A stretch of DNA of 38,915 bases from Methanomicrobia archaeon LH_S14 (lineage in GTDB: Archaea > Halobacteriota > Syntropharchaeia > Alkanophagales > Methanospirareceae): positions 1 through 38,915 of the forward strand of contig JAGXOS010000002.1 of NCBI GenBank assembly GCA_023659775.1. The letters run 5' to 3'. Made by a program: the position numbers and the translations under genes. Position 1 is the first letter of the stretch. Each line of letters opens with the position of its first letter. Shown piece by piece: positions 17,449 to 26,860 of this stretch. The notes beneath the pieces are model-generated. The model was not told where the DNA came from, made no database searches, and was given only the letters and a program-made list of their open reading frames with translations.

Positions 17449-18991
17449 GACAGAGAAAAGCATAGGGGAGATAAACGAGAAAATCGAAGATGGCAGTGTT
17501 TGTGTAGTGACAGCGGATAGAATGAGCGAGATAGTGAGCGAATTGGGTGCAGAAGAAGCAGCAAAGGAAGTGGATGTTGTCACCACCGGGACTTTTGGTC
17601 CCATGTGCTCCTCAGGTGTGTTCATCAACTTTGGTCATGCGGACCCACCGATAAAAATGCAGCGTGTATGGCTTAACGATGTAGAGGCGTATACCGGACT
17701 TGCAGCGGTAGACACTTACATTGGAGCAACACAGCCATCAGAAGATAAAGGAACGCAATACGGTGGTGGACATGTAATAGAGGATTTAGTGGCGGGTAAG
17801 CCAATAGAGATGAAGGCTACCGGCTACGGCACGGATTGCTACCCCCGTAAAGAGATAGAAACAACAATTACGCTTGACGATTTAAATCAGGTGGTGATGT
17901 TAAACCCGAGGAATACATCTCAAAGGTATGGCGTTGCGACAAACTCCACAGACAGGACATTATACACCTATATGGGTACGCTGCTTCCGAATTACCGGAA
18001 TGCGAATTATTCCGGTGCTGGAGCTCTTTCTCCCCTTTCTAACGACCCTGATTACGAGACCATAGGACCCGGTGCGAGGATTTTTCTCTGTGGTGCAACG
18101 GGATATGTAGTAGGAATGGGAACGCAGCACGACCCTGTTAACGGCTTTGGAACATTGATGGTCACCGGTAACCTGAAGGAGATGAGTGTTGGATTCCTTA
18201 AAGGTGCTACTTTCTACGGGTATGGTGCAACCCTGTATGTTGGCATTGGAATACCAATACCGGTGTTGAATGAAAGAATAGCGAGGAAAGCAGGAATAAG
18301 TGATGCGGATATTGTAACAGAAGTGTTTGATTATGGTATTGACAGGAGAGAGCGCCCCGTATTGAGGAAAATTACCTACGAAGAGTTAAAATCGGGGATG
18401 ATAGAAATAGAAGGTAAGGAAGTGCCAACATCGCCTCTTTCCAGTTTTTTCATGGCGAATAAAGTTGCAGAGGAGTTGAAGAGCAGAATAGAGGGGGGTA
18501 AATTTTTCCTATCGCAGCCAGTGGAGAGATTGCCAGGGGATACGGTGTTCAAGCCGATGAAACAGACGAATGAGCTGCCTCTGGTGAAGGACGTGATGCT
18601 ACGCGAAGTGAAGACGATAAGCGAAAGAGCGAGTATAGCAGAAGCCGCGAAATTGATAATGGAAACGCAGTTTACGCATATCCCCGTTATATCAGCGGAT
18701 GGAAAACTTGCAGGAATAGTAACAGCCTGGGATATATCAACGGCGGTGGCGAAGCGGCATGAGGGATTGGCGGAGATAATGACAAGAAAGGTGATAACCG
18801 CGGATTCGGAGGAGCCTCTGGAGCTGGTGATAAGAAAGTTGGAGCGATATAACATCTCAGCGTTACCAGTGATAGACGGGGATAGAAGAGTTATCGGGAT
18901 GATAACAAGCGATGAGATAAGCAAATTGGTAGGGAAGAGGAAGAGATGGCAATGGAGACTAAGGATTTGGGAAATACAAAGTTTTCGGTGA
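17438..18991 (+). CDS. DUF39 + CBS-pair homocysteine biosynthesis protein (aspartate-semialdehyde sulfurtransferase, MA1821-like)
   Basis: VDVVTTGTFGPMCSSG, YGGGHVIEDLV, GTDCYPR and YTYMGTLLP motifs; two C-terminal CBS domains. Confidence 0.88.
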   Translation: MGNKTEKSIGEINEKIEDGSVCVVTADRMSEIVSELGAEEAAKEVDVVTTGTFGPMCSSGVFINFGHADPPIKMQRVWLNDVEAYTGLAAVDTYIGATQPSEDKGTQYGGGHVIEDLVAGKPIEMKATGYGTDCYPRKEIETTITLDDLNQVVMLNPRNTSQRYGVATNSTDRTLYTYMGTLLPNYRNANYSGAGALSPLSNDPDYETIGPGARIFLCGATGYVVGMGTQHDPVNGFGTLMVTGNLKEMSVGFLKGATFYGYGATLYVGIGIPIPVLNERIARKAGISDADIVTEVFDYGIDRRERPVLRKITYEELKSGMIEIEGKEVPTSPLSSFFMANKVAEELKSRIEGGKFFLSQPVERLPGDTVFKPMKQTNELPLVKDVMLREVKTISERASIAEAAKLIMETQFTHIPVISADGKLAGIVTAWDISTAVAKRHEGLAEIMTRKVITADSEEPLELVIRKLERYNISALPVIDGDRRVIGMITSDEISKLVGKRKRWQWRLRIWEIQSFR

Positions 18992-19030
18992 TTGCTGATG
19001 AGTTGATTCATGTTTATGTTGAGTGAAAAG

Positions 19031-19228
19031 ATGAAAAGAATATATCTTGATACCTGCGTCTGGTGTCGTCCATTTGATGAACCTTCTCAGAGAGTAACGG
19101 AAGAAGCAGAAGCATTCTTTAGGATATTGCGTTTGGTCAATGATAAAGATATAATACAGCACTACAAGATAAAAGTATGTGCACCGACAGAATTTGTGGA
19201 GAGTGGTGAAAGGAAAGATGATATCTGA
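19031..19228 (+). pseudogene. PIN-domain toxin with in-frame internal deletion (65 aa)
   Basis: N-terminus MKRIYLDTCVWCRPFD...EAEAF joined directly to C-terminus KIKVCAPTEFV; central catalytic region absent. Confidence 0.65.
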
Positions 19229-19436
19229 TTTGGAAATTAAAGAGAATGAAGTAGTTAAAAAGGCACTGAGCATACTTGGTAAAGAGCTAACAGTGGAAGA
19301 ATATGCAAGATTCTTGGCAGCGATAACACTTAGAATAGGGGATTCTGTAAAAGAGCTAAGGGAATTCAGGGATGCTGAAACTGAGGAGGAATTCTTAGCA
19401 AGGATGAAACGAAGAGGAGCGGATGTTGTCCCGTAG
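19218..19436 (+). CDS. Putative antitoxin / small hypothetical protein (72 aa)
   Basis: EVVKKALSILGKELTVEEYARFL...GDSVKELRE resembles small PIN-associated partners; overlaps the PIN remnant. Confidence 0.55.
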   Translation: MISDLEIKENEVVKKALSILGKELTVEEYARFLAAITLRIGDSVKELREFRDAETEEEFLARMKRRGADVVP

Positions 19437-19571
19437 TTTTAGTTCAAAAGCGATAAAAGGAAAGATGAAAGATGTGATAAAAGGTGAAGACAGAGGTTTA
19501 GATAAGGCGAGAGAAGAAAGAGAAATAAACTGACAAGGTGAGAAGATGGAGTGGGGGAGGGGAAGAAGGAA

Positions 19572-19689
19572 ATGAAAGTAGGGAAGTGCCCAATTTGCGG
19601 TGGAGATAACGAAAGAAGTGAGAGAGAAGATAAGAAATAGGGTGATAAAGCCGATAGAGGTGAGAAAGGTGGAGGTGGTGTCTTTATGA
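19572..19689 (+). pseudogene. YgiT/MqsA-type zinc-finger protein remnant
   Basis: MKVGKCPICGG start joined, with a frameshift, to EITKEVREKIRNRVIKPIEVRKVEVVSL*; the second CxxC is missing. Confidence 0.5.
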
Positions 19690-19782
19690 TGATTATAAAT
19701 TATAGATCGCCGAACTTTTACGATCCATTTGCCCAAAGCCTTTGAGGGTAAGCATACAAAGGAAAAATATACAAGAATTACG

Positions 19783-20856
19783 ATGGAAACTAAAAATTTA
19801 AAAGTCGAATTGTTATGCCTGGGTGCGAGAGTATCAGGGATGGATAAAGGCAGGAAAGCAGGTGCAGGTCCTGCTGCCGGTGGGATGTTCCTTTTTGGTA
19901 ACACGGTAGCGAATGTTCCAACACAGAGCTGGTTTGTTTCTACATCCCCGTACAGTGTTTCTCCAGAAACCGAGGATGAAAATGGTAAATATGTAATAAA
20001 AAGAAATGGTGAAAGAATTGCTGAGGTGATGTTCCCGCGTGCAAAGTTTCAAGAGTTAGAGACTAAGGATGGCATACCTTACAATAAAATCGCACTTCTG
20101 CACGGTGCGGACTGCTTAGCCACTACCACGATACAAACTTGTGTGTACTGGAATACACCAAAGCGGTGTAAGTTCTGTGCAATTGAACTGTCGTTGAAAA
20201 GTGGTGCGACAATAGCAAGGAAGAAGCCGGAGCAGCTTGCAGAAGTGGCGATTGCCGCGAAAAAATTGGACCATGTAACGCATGTGACGCTTACCACCGG
20301 CACGACAGCTACCCCCGACAAAGGTATAAATTACCTTGCGGAAACTGCGAGAGCGATAAAAGAAGCAACGGGATTGCCTATTCATGCTCAATTCGAACCG
20401 CCGAAGGAGCTTCGCATGATAGATGTCCTTTACGATGCGGTGGATACGGTGGGCATCCATGTGGAGAGCTTTGACAGGGAGGTGCTAAGAGAAGTGGCTC
20501 CATGCAAGGTGGAAATACCGTTTCAGCATTATGTGGATGCGTGGAAGCGAAGTGTGGATATTTTTGGAGATAGTCAAGTCAGCAGTTATGTAATTGCAGG
20601 ATTGGGTGAGAGCGATGAATCTATAATGGAGGGTAGTAAGTTATTGGCTGAGCTTGGCGTTTATCCTTTTATCGTGCCTCTTCGTCCTATACCGGGGTCG
20701 CTGCTCGAAAATGAGAAACCACCAGGTCCGGATAGGATGCGTTACCTATGTGAAAAGGTAGCGGAGATATTGCATGATGAAGGAGTAAGCTGGAGGAAGA
20801 ATAAGGCCGGGTGTGTGCGTTGCCGGGCTTGTTCGGCGTTGACGGATTTTGAGTAA
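19783..20856 (+). CDS. Radical SAM protein, MSMEG_0568/NitD-like
   Basis: RKAGAGP, KIALLHG, CVYWNTPKRCKFC (Cx8Cx2C), LTTGT, HAQFEPP, GIHVESFD, C-terminal KAGCVRCRACS. Confidence 0.8.
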   Translation: METKNLKVELLCLGARVSGMDKGRKAGAGPAAGGMFLFGNTVANVPTQSWFVSTSPYSVSPETEDENGKYVIKRNGERIAEVMFPRAKFQELETKDGIPYNKIALLHGADCLATTTIQTCVYWNTPKRCKFCAIELSLKSGATIARKKPEQLAEVAIAAKKLDHVTHVTLTTGTTATPDKGINYLAETARAIKEATGLPIHAQFEPPKELRMIDVLYDAVDTVGIHVESFDREVLREVAPCKVEIPFQHYVDAWKRSVDIFGDSQVSSYVIAGLGESDESIMEGSKLLAELGVYPFIVPLRPIPGSLLENEKPPGPDRMRYLCEKVAEILHDEGVSWRKNKAGCVRCRACSALTDFE

Positions 20857-20914
20857 ACAAAGCTTTCTTCCACATGAAAGATATTTTAAGAAGGAGTACA
20901 TCTTAATTAAGAAT

Positions 20915-21292
20915 ATGAAGAGAGGTGCTAACGAATATAGGAACTACATAGATATTCTTGTAGGCTCGCTGAAGAAGTATTTAAAAGAATATTATGAACT
21001 AAAAGAAAAGAAGCTTGGAACGCTGGTTAGTCCTGTTCCTCTCACACCTGACGAAATAAAAAAGAACCCCCCAATCTTATTGGATTTGGTTACCGATGGA
21101 ATGATTTTATACGACAAGGATAATTTCATGAGGGATTGGATAACCAATTTGAAAAAGAGACTTGAAGAGAAGGGTGCAAGGAAAATATTTCTGAGCAGTG
21201 GAAAATGGTATTGGGACTTAAAGAGACAAGACCGCTTCCAAACTGGTTTGAAGAGAGAATTGAATTCATGGCGAGTGTTTCAAGCGACTTAG
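20915..21292 (+). pseudogene. Minimal nucleotidyltransferase (MNT) family remnant lacking the catalytic core
   Basis: C-terminal PPILLDLVTDGMILYDKDNF...GKWYWDLK typical of archaeal MNT proteins; no GS...DxD motif. Confidence 0.6.
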
Positions 21293-21493
21293 CAAGAAAA
21301 AGGGGTCCAGCATTTTTTGTATCTCTCTTCTCATGGCTGATTTCATCATGTCTGCCAGTTTATAGGAGGGTTTGACTATTTTTGTCCCAAGGCCAAAATA
21401 AGCGAAAAGTTTAAACAGGTGGATTTTTATTATATGCAAAATAATTACACCCTTCATTAGTGAAGATGGAAAAAGGGGAAAAGTAAAAAGAGA

Positions 21494-23878
21494 ATGGAGG
21501 TGAAAAAGGAAAAAATGAAAATGAAGAAGGGAGAAGGGGAAGAGAGATTAAAAAAAAAAGCGGTAATAGGCATATTATTGGCAGTGATAATGATGAGTTC
21601 GGCATTTTCGATGATGACGCATTTGACGACGGGAAGCGATGTCACGCAACCAACAATTAGAAAGGGTTATATTGTAAATCCCGATAATGTTACGATTTCT
21701 ATGGATGGGAACACCACCTCTGTATTGATCGGTCAGAATGTGCAGTTTATGTGTAGTGGGAACAGGACTGGAGCGGTAACAATAACAGGAATAGCGGGGA
21801 CGCCAACCGAAGGATATCTGTTTTTCAGCAGCACTGGCTGGTTTGATACAGGTGTAATGACGGAAGAAGGGATGTATAATGCCACTTATGGAGAGCGTTG
21901 GGAATTACTTGGGGTTCAAACGCCTGTAATGGCTTTAAGTCTAAAAGTAGGCACTAAGGAAGTCTCAAGTATTTGCTGTGGCACCCCTTTGAGAGTAGAT
22001 TTCACAAGCAACCTGGATGAAAACGATTGTGTTGACCTGAAGATTGTCAATCCGGACGGGAGAATAAAGGTGTCCAATAATCAGAAATTTGACGATATAA
22101 ACGTGAGTCAGCTTCTTGAATATGGCTCTATGAATGAGTCGAAGCAGATAAATACGACAGGCTGGAAAATAGGTGATTATACTTTCCAGATAAAGACCAA
22201 ATCGGAGTATGCATGTGGATTAAGTGCGAGTAGCGCTGTAAAGGACCTAACAATAGTAAAAGGTGAAATTGACATTAGCGCAGAAAAGACTACTGTAACA
22301 GAGCTTGAGACAATAAAACTCACGGTGACTGGTGTATGTGGCGATATAATATGGGTCAACGCCACTCCTTCGAGCCCCCATGTGCTCTTCGTAGGTGGTG
22401 TAGAGGACACTCCAGCTGCCGCTGATGGACAGGATAATTTCGATCACAAGATTGACGCGGACGGAAAAAGGACTTACGCAGTCAAATTTAACGATACCGG
22501 GAGTTACACGATAAAGGTAACCGTTAAAGGTGGTCCGCGTGATGGTGACTATGACACTGTTGATATCGCCGTTACAGAGAAAGGAGTCACCTTTGACATA
22601 CCAACCACAGTGGTCATCGGTGAGAGACTCACGATAAAAGGAACGGCAAACACGGGTGACTGGGTACAAATCGCTGTGGATGACATTATATGCACAGAAT
22701 TAAAGAAGCTCGTGATTGCTGGAAACGGAGAATTTGAGAAGGAGATAGATACAGGTACTGCATGTAGCGGGGCATTTTCTGTTCCGGGTTCGGTGCGATT
22801 GAAGGCATTTATCGATACAACATGGCCTGCGGGGACAGATGTTAGTGGTTACACTGACGACGGATCCATGGCAATATTTGTGTCTGAAACACATTTAGAT
22901 GCAATCCTCTCAAAAGCTACACTTCCTCCTGGCGACAGTTTCGAGGTTTATGGTACTGCATCTTCGGATTATGTTGAAATCGTGGCAATATCACCAAAAG
23001 GAGGAAATGGGACTGGGATAGATGGTTTATATGGCGTCTCGATTTATACGGTTCCTGCTTTTATTGCCCCTGATGCCTTTTCAGACAGTGAGATTGCGAA
23101 AAAAATCAATGTTTCTGAATGTGCAGCACCTACCCCAACAATAGGAAGAGGAGGTGGAGGCGGAGTTCCACGTGACTCTGATGGCGACAACTTCTATAAG
23201 AAGATAAAAGTGGACAGGGGTGCGGACACAGGAAACTACACGATACTCCTGCTTTCTCCAGGAATGGATGGCATTTACGGTGATTCATATTATTCCTATA
23301 TTAACAGCATCCTGGATTTGGACGGAGCAGGTCCAGAGCTTGGTGCGATAGATGTATCAAACAGAACAAAAGAGGAAATTGTTGCGATAATAGAGGATAT
23401 AATTCATGTCGCGGGCAGTGATGGCTTCATGTGGATAGGAAATATTGTAGTAACTCAATTTGACGCATTTGACACAGGTGAAAGCGAAAATCCATACCCA
23501 TCCATCTTCGGCATGCACAACGGTACGATCATACCTTCCCAAGACATCAACGTAACCAAACTATACACCTACCCATGCCCCGGCACGGGCGGACATACCG
23601 AACACATAAAAATATGGAATAATTCTGACTGGAATGTAACAGCAACTTGGAACGGCTACACAGGAGATTGGCACAACATTTCCTTTAACGAGTCTTTCAC
23701 TTTGCATGCAGGTGTCGAATACAACTATACCATCCGAACGGGCTCGTATCCACAAATTATCCATAATCATACGCACACAACTTTAGACGGCTCTTATATC
23801 AATTGTACAGAGTTCACGGATGCAAATGGAAAGAGATATAATAATTGGATTCCTGCAATTAAGTTGCTTCGTCAGTGA
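21494..23878 (+). CDS. Secreted cell-surface / S-layer-like protein with mosaic domains
   Basis: Basic N-terminus plus hydrophobic signal (AVIGILLAVIMMSSAF), Thr/Gly/Asp-rich beta-type domains, many NxS/T sequons, C-terminal FDTG..NPYPSI...YTYPCPGTGGH module. Confidence 0.75.
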   Translation: MEVKKEKMKMKKGEGEERLKKKAVIGILLAVIMMSSAFSMMTHLTTGSDVTQPTIRKGYIVNPDNVTISMDGNTTSVLIGQNVQFMCSGNRTGAVTITGIAGTPTEGYLFFSSTGWFDTGVMTEEGMYNATYGERWELLGVQTPVMALSLKVGTKEVSSICCGTPLRVDFTSNLDENDCVDLKIVNPDGRIKVSNNQKFDDINVSQLLEYGSMNESKQINTTGWKIGDYTFQIKTKSEYACGLSASSAVKDLTIVKGEIDISAEKTTVTELETIKLTVTGVCGDIIWVNATPSSPHVLFVGGVEDTPAAADGQDNFDHKIDADGKRTYAVKFNDTGSYTIKVTVKGGPRDGDYDTVDIAVTEKGVTFDIPTTVVIGERLTIKGTANTGDWVQIAVDDIICTELKKLVIAGNGEFEKEIDTGTACSGAFSVPGSVRLKAFIDTTWPAGTDVSGYTDDGSMAIFVSETHLDAILSKATLPPGDSFEVYGTASSDYVEIVAISPKGGNGTGIDGLYGVSIYTVPAFIAPDAFSDSEIAKKINVSECAAPTPTIGRGGGGGVPRDSDGDNFYKKIKVDRGADTGNYTILLLSPGMDGIYGDSYYSYINSILDLDGAGPELGAIDVSNRTKEEIVAIIEDIIHVAGSDGFMWIGNIVVTQFDAFDTGESENPYPSIFGMHNGTIIPSQDINVTKLYTYPCPGTGGHTEHIKIWNNSDWNVTATWNGYTGDWHNISFNESFTLHAGVEYNYTIRTGSYPQIIHNHTHTTLDGSYINCTEFTDANGKRYNNWIPAIKLLRQ

Positions 23879-23947
23879 AGCTAGCTTTCTTTTAGAGAAA
23901 GATATAAGGAAAGAAAGTTAAAAAGATAGGGAGGTTAAAAGGAAAAG

Positions 23948-24076
23948 ATGGTGAAAAATAAAAGAGTGAACAGGAAGAAGGAGAAAAGTAGTGGGAGATG
24001 GCAGAGAGCGATAATAGGCTTATTAATGGCGTTAATAATGGTTGGTTCGGTGATTGCGATACTGTTTCAGTTGTGA
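23948..24076 (+). CDS. Small single-TM protein or orphan signal peptide (42 aa)
   Basis: MVKNKRVNRKKEKSSGRWQRAIIGLLMALIMVGSVIAILFQL*; GGAGG upstream; below the ORF-track cutoff. Confidence 0.45.
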   Translation: MVKNKRVNRKKEKSSGRWQRAIIGLLMALIMVGSVIAILFQL

Positions 24077-24759
24077 AATTCCTTTTTTATCTTATTCGCA
24101 TATAGATGAGCAATTCGTGTTGGTTCAGGTAGTTTATGTTTGTGGATGCAATTTTTTATCAGCCGCAGTGAAGTTTCCAGTGACACTTTATGCCCTGGTG
24201 CTACGATTATTGGTTTACAACCTTTTTTGCTCTTGAGATAATAGCCGACTTCTCTACCTTCGTATTTTATCACATGCTCTTCGCCTTCTTCACCTGGCAC
24301 TTCGCCATTGCCGCACAGGAGGTTCTTTGCCACGCCTATGGTCGCAATGCCTAAAACAACACCTACATGTGTGGCTAATCCTGCAAACCTCGGATGGTTT
24401 ACTCCACATCCATCTATTACTAACAGGTCAGGCTTGCTTTTGTTTTTCAAAGCATGAAAAGCGTTTATTATGGCTGGTGCTTCTCTAAATGAAAGAAGCC
24501 CGGGGATGTAAGGAAAATCCACGGGCATCACCGAGTAAGAATAATCAATAAACCGCATGGAAGGATATTCGAGCACGACAACCGCAGATATTATATTCTC
24601 CTGTCTATCTTCATTTTCGGTATCGTTTTTCGGTTCGTAGAAAAAAGCCTGGTCTGCACCTGCAATTAATTTTAGTTCTTCCGGACTTAGTTTATCTTCT
24701 ATTACAGCTTTTGATGCGATTTCTTCCTGTATGCGATACAGTTCTTCGGTGGATTTCAT
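24067..24759 (-). CDS. nfi: Endonuclease V
   Basis: IAGAD, FPYIPGLLSFRE, DGCGVNHPRFAGLA, IGVAK, LPEPTRIAH. Confidence 0.93.
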   Translation of the reverse strand: MKSTEELYRIQEEIASKAVIEDKLSPEELKLIAGADQAFFYEPKNDTENEDRQENIISAVVVLEYPSMRFIDYSYSVMPVDFPYIPGLLSFREAPAIINAFHALKNKSKPDLLVIDGCGVNHPRFAGLATHVGVVLGIATIGVAKNLLCGNGEVPGEEGEEHVIKYEGREVGYYLKSKKGCKPIIVAPGHKVSLETSLRLIKNCIHKHKLPEPTRIAHLYANKIKKEFHN

Positions 24760-24762
24760 TAT

Positions 24763-25605
24763 TTATTCTTTTGGTAAAGCTTTTCTTTTTAAGAAAAGGT
24801 TTTGCTTCAACTTCTCACGCATATTCCTCCAGTGGCTTCCTTCCCAATATATCCTGCCGCAATGTTCACAAATCCAGAACTCCCACTCACCTATCATGCT
24901 CGTTGGCACATAGTTCTTCTCTCTCAGTATATCCTCTTCTCCTTCTTCTACCTTTCTTATCCTTGCATTACACTCGCTACATCGTACCGGAACTGGTTCG
25001 AGGTTTATGTTTATGTTATGACGAAGCAACTCCTTCAATTGCTCCATCACCTCATCGGTTTTTATTTGAACGCATTGCACACCCCTTTTCCTCGCAGAGG
25101 CTGCAAGATTTTTGTCTCTGGTAAGCAATATTCGTGCTTCGTGCTCTGCCAGAGCGGCAATGACTTTATCCTCATCCTCATCTCCTTCGACACTTTCTTT
25201 TTCTATATTTATATCGCCAGCGTAAATGGTATCATGTCCAAGAATCCGGAGCCAGGTGCTTAGCTTTCCTAACATTCTGTCGGTTACGAATCGCAACTCT
25301 TTCTTAAAAAGTGCTTTCTCGAAATTCACCACTTTTCTTCCTTTTATCTCCACTCCTTCCGCTCTCAAAAGTCTTGTTTTCTTTTCCACACCCAAACTAT
25401 AACCTCCAACGTCACCGTTACTTCTCACGATACGATGACAGGGTATAATTATGGGGTACGGGTTTTTCGCAACTGCCTGAGCAACAGCACGAGCTGCACG
25501 AACAGAGCCTGTTATTTCCCTTGCTATCGCTCCATAAGTTGTTATTCTACCCTCTGGTATTTGCTTTACCTGGTTCAATACTGCTTCTTGGAAATTCTTA
25601 GCCAT
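24763..25605 (-). CDS. O6-methylguanine-DNA methyltransferase (binding/active-site domain) fused to a Mut7-C (PIN-like, Zn-ribbon) domain
   Basis: IPEGRITTYG...ARAVA...IPCHRIV followed in frame by FVTDRMLGKLSTWLRILGHD, ILLTRD, RCSECN, CEHCGRIYWEGSH. ATG 25605 preferred over 25671. Confidence 0.88.
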   Translation of the reverse strand: MAKNFQEAVLNQVKQIPEGRITTYGAIAREITGSVRAARAVAQAVAKNPYPIIIPCHRIVRSNGDVGGYSLGVEKKTRLLRAEGVEIKGRKVVNFEKALFKKELRFVTDRMLGKLSTWLRILGHDTIYAGDINIEKESVEGDEDEDKVIAALAEHEARILLTRDKNLAASARKRGVQCVQIKTDEVMEQLKELLRHNININLEPVPVRCSECNARIRKVEEGEEDILREKNYVPTSMIGEWEFWICEHCGRIYWEGSHWRNMREKLKQNLFLKRKALPKE

Positions 25606-25606
25606 A

Positions 25607-26338
25607 TTAAGAAAAGGTTTTTCTGAGGAGCGACACAGGAATAGTCCCATCATGGACAGCAGTAGCGACAAGTGCGCCTTTTACTCCTATCTCCTGCATC
25701 TTATATACATCTTCGTAACTCCTGACGCCACCACCACATAGAACATCATGTTCCGAGACATCAACGGCACGAGCGAGGAAATCAAAGTCTATTCCGCTTT
25801 TCGTTCCCACTTTATCCAGTTCCAATGCAATCACATCCCTCACTGGATACTTGTTCAACTCCTTTATTAACAGCAGAGGGTCAATCTTCATCCTCTTATC
25901 GCTTGTCAGCACTTCTTTATTGTAGAGGTCAACACTTACACTTATATCGTTAAAAATATCGCTTTTCGATGCTTCTTCTATTAAGTTCATGGATGCCGCT
26001 TCTGTTCCTAAAATGATACTATCGGCTATTTCCGCTTCAACAGCTTCTTGCAGGTCTTCCATCCCTTTTATACCATATTCTACTGTTATCCTCGTCTTTC
26101 TGTTCTTATTTCTTATCTCCTTTATTATTTCTTTATTAGAGCCAGTGCTCATAAGCCTGTTCAGGTCTGCGATATAAACTTCCTCTGGTTTTATCTCTTC
26201 GATGACCTGGACAGGGTCAGAAGAACAAACGATGGAACTGAAGAGGTGAATTGGCTGGTATTTCTCACGTTCACCCCTCTTCGCATGCACAACCACACCA
26301 TCGAGCAAATCGAGCACAAAAATCAGTCTGAACTTCAT
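25607..26338 (-). CDS. HisA/HisF-related TIM-barrel protein (MJ0703/Orf17-like, linked to C1 cofactor biosynthesis)
   Basis: VLDLLDGVVVHAKRGEREKYQP, YIADLN, LDKVGT, GGGVR, GALVATAVHDG. Confidence 0.8.
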   Translation of the reverse strand: MKFRLIFVLDLLDGVVVHAKRGEREKYQPIHLFSSIVCSSDPVQVIEEIKPEEVYIADLNRLMSTGSNKEIIKEIRNKNRKTRITVEYGIKGMEDLQEAVEAEIADSIILGTEAASMNLIEEASKSDIFNDISVSVDLYNKEVLTSDKRMKIDPLLLIKELNKYPVRDVIALELDKVGTKSGIDFDFLARAVDVSEHDVLCGGGVRSYEDVYKMQEIGVKGALVATAVHDGTIPVSLLRKTFS

Positions 26339-26736
26339 CTCTCGGTTTCAATTTTTTCAAAAATAGAATCATAAACCACCCTTGCTCTTTCCAATGCAAA
26401 TTTCGCTTCTGTTCTGGAATAAGCTTCTGGAGGGAAAATCAAACGGTGTTCCAACCTGAAAGGGTGCCTTACTTTTGTCACGTGAGCATTGAGGAACTGG
26501 AGAGCATTTATTATTTCCTTTTCGTCTATAAACCGAGTTAAAATTCCTGAAAGGTCATGCGTTTTTATATTCTTCACTCCTTTACAGGCTAAATAAGCTT
26601 TACAAATTTTCTCCGCTGCTTGCTGTGAAAAAATAACGCTTACGTAATAATATTTTCCGGCTTTAAAAAGCTCTTCGGCAAGCTTTAAATCACTCGCTGT
26701 GGACTTGCAATACGCCTCGACTATTTCTTTATCCAT
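26335..26736 (-). CDS. HEPN domain protein
   Basis: DLKLAEELF, SQQAAEKICKAYL and KTHDL motifs; no intact MNT partner adjacent. Confidence 0.85.
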   Translation of the reverse strand: MDKEIVEAYCKSTASDLKLAEELFKAGKYYYVSVIFSQQAAEKICKAYLACKGVKNIKTHDLSGILTRFIDEKEIINALQFLNAHVTKVRHPFRLEHRLIFPPEAYSRTEAKFALERARVVYDSIFEKIETER

Positions 26737-26860
26737 GTCTCAAACACCAGTCCTGCCTAATAATAATACCTCTTCTTTCATTATAAAAGCTTTTCGATAG
26801 ACGCAATTTATCTTTAATTAAACCTTATTCTTAGCAAAATAACAGGAAACGAAGAAAAGA

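Noticed and set aside
3832-19011. Numerous Ser/Phe/Leu-rich antisense ORFs (e.g. 3832-4494, 8565-9071, 13480-13902, 18376-19011)
   Set aside because: They are shadows of purine-rich coding strands of well-supported genes and carry no motifs.
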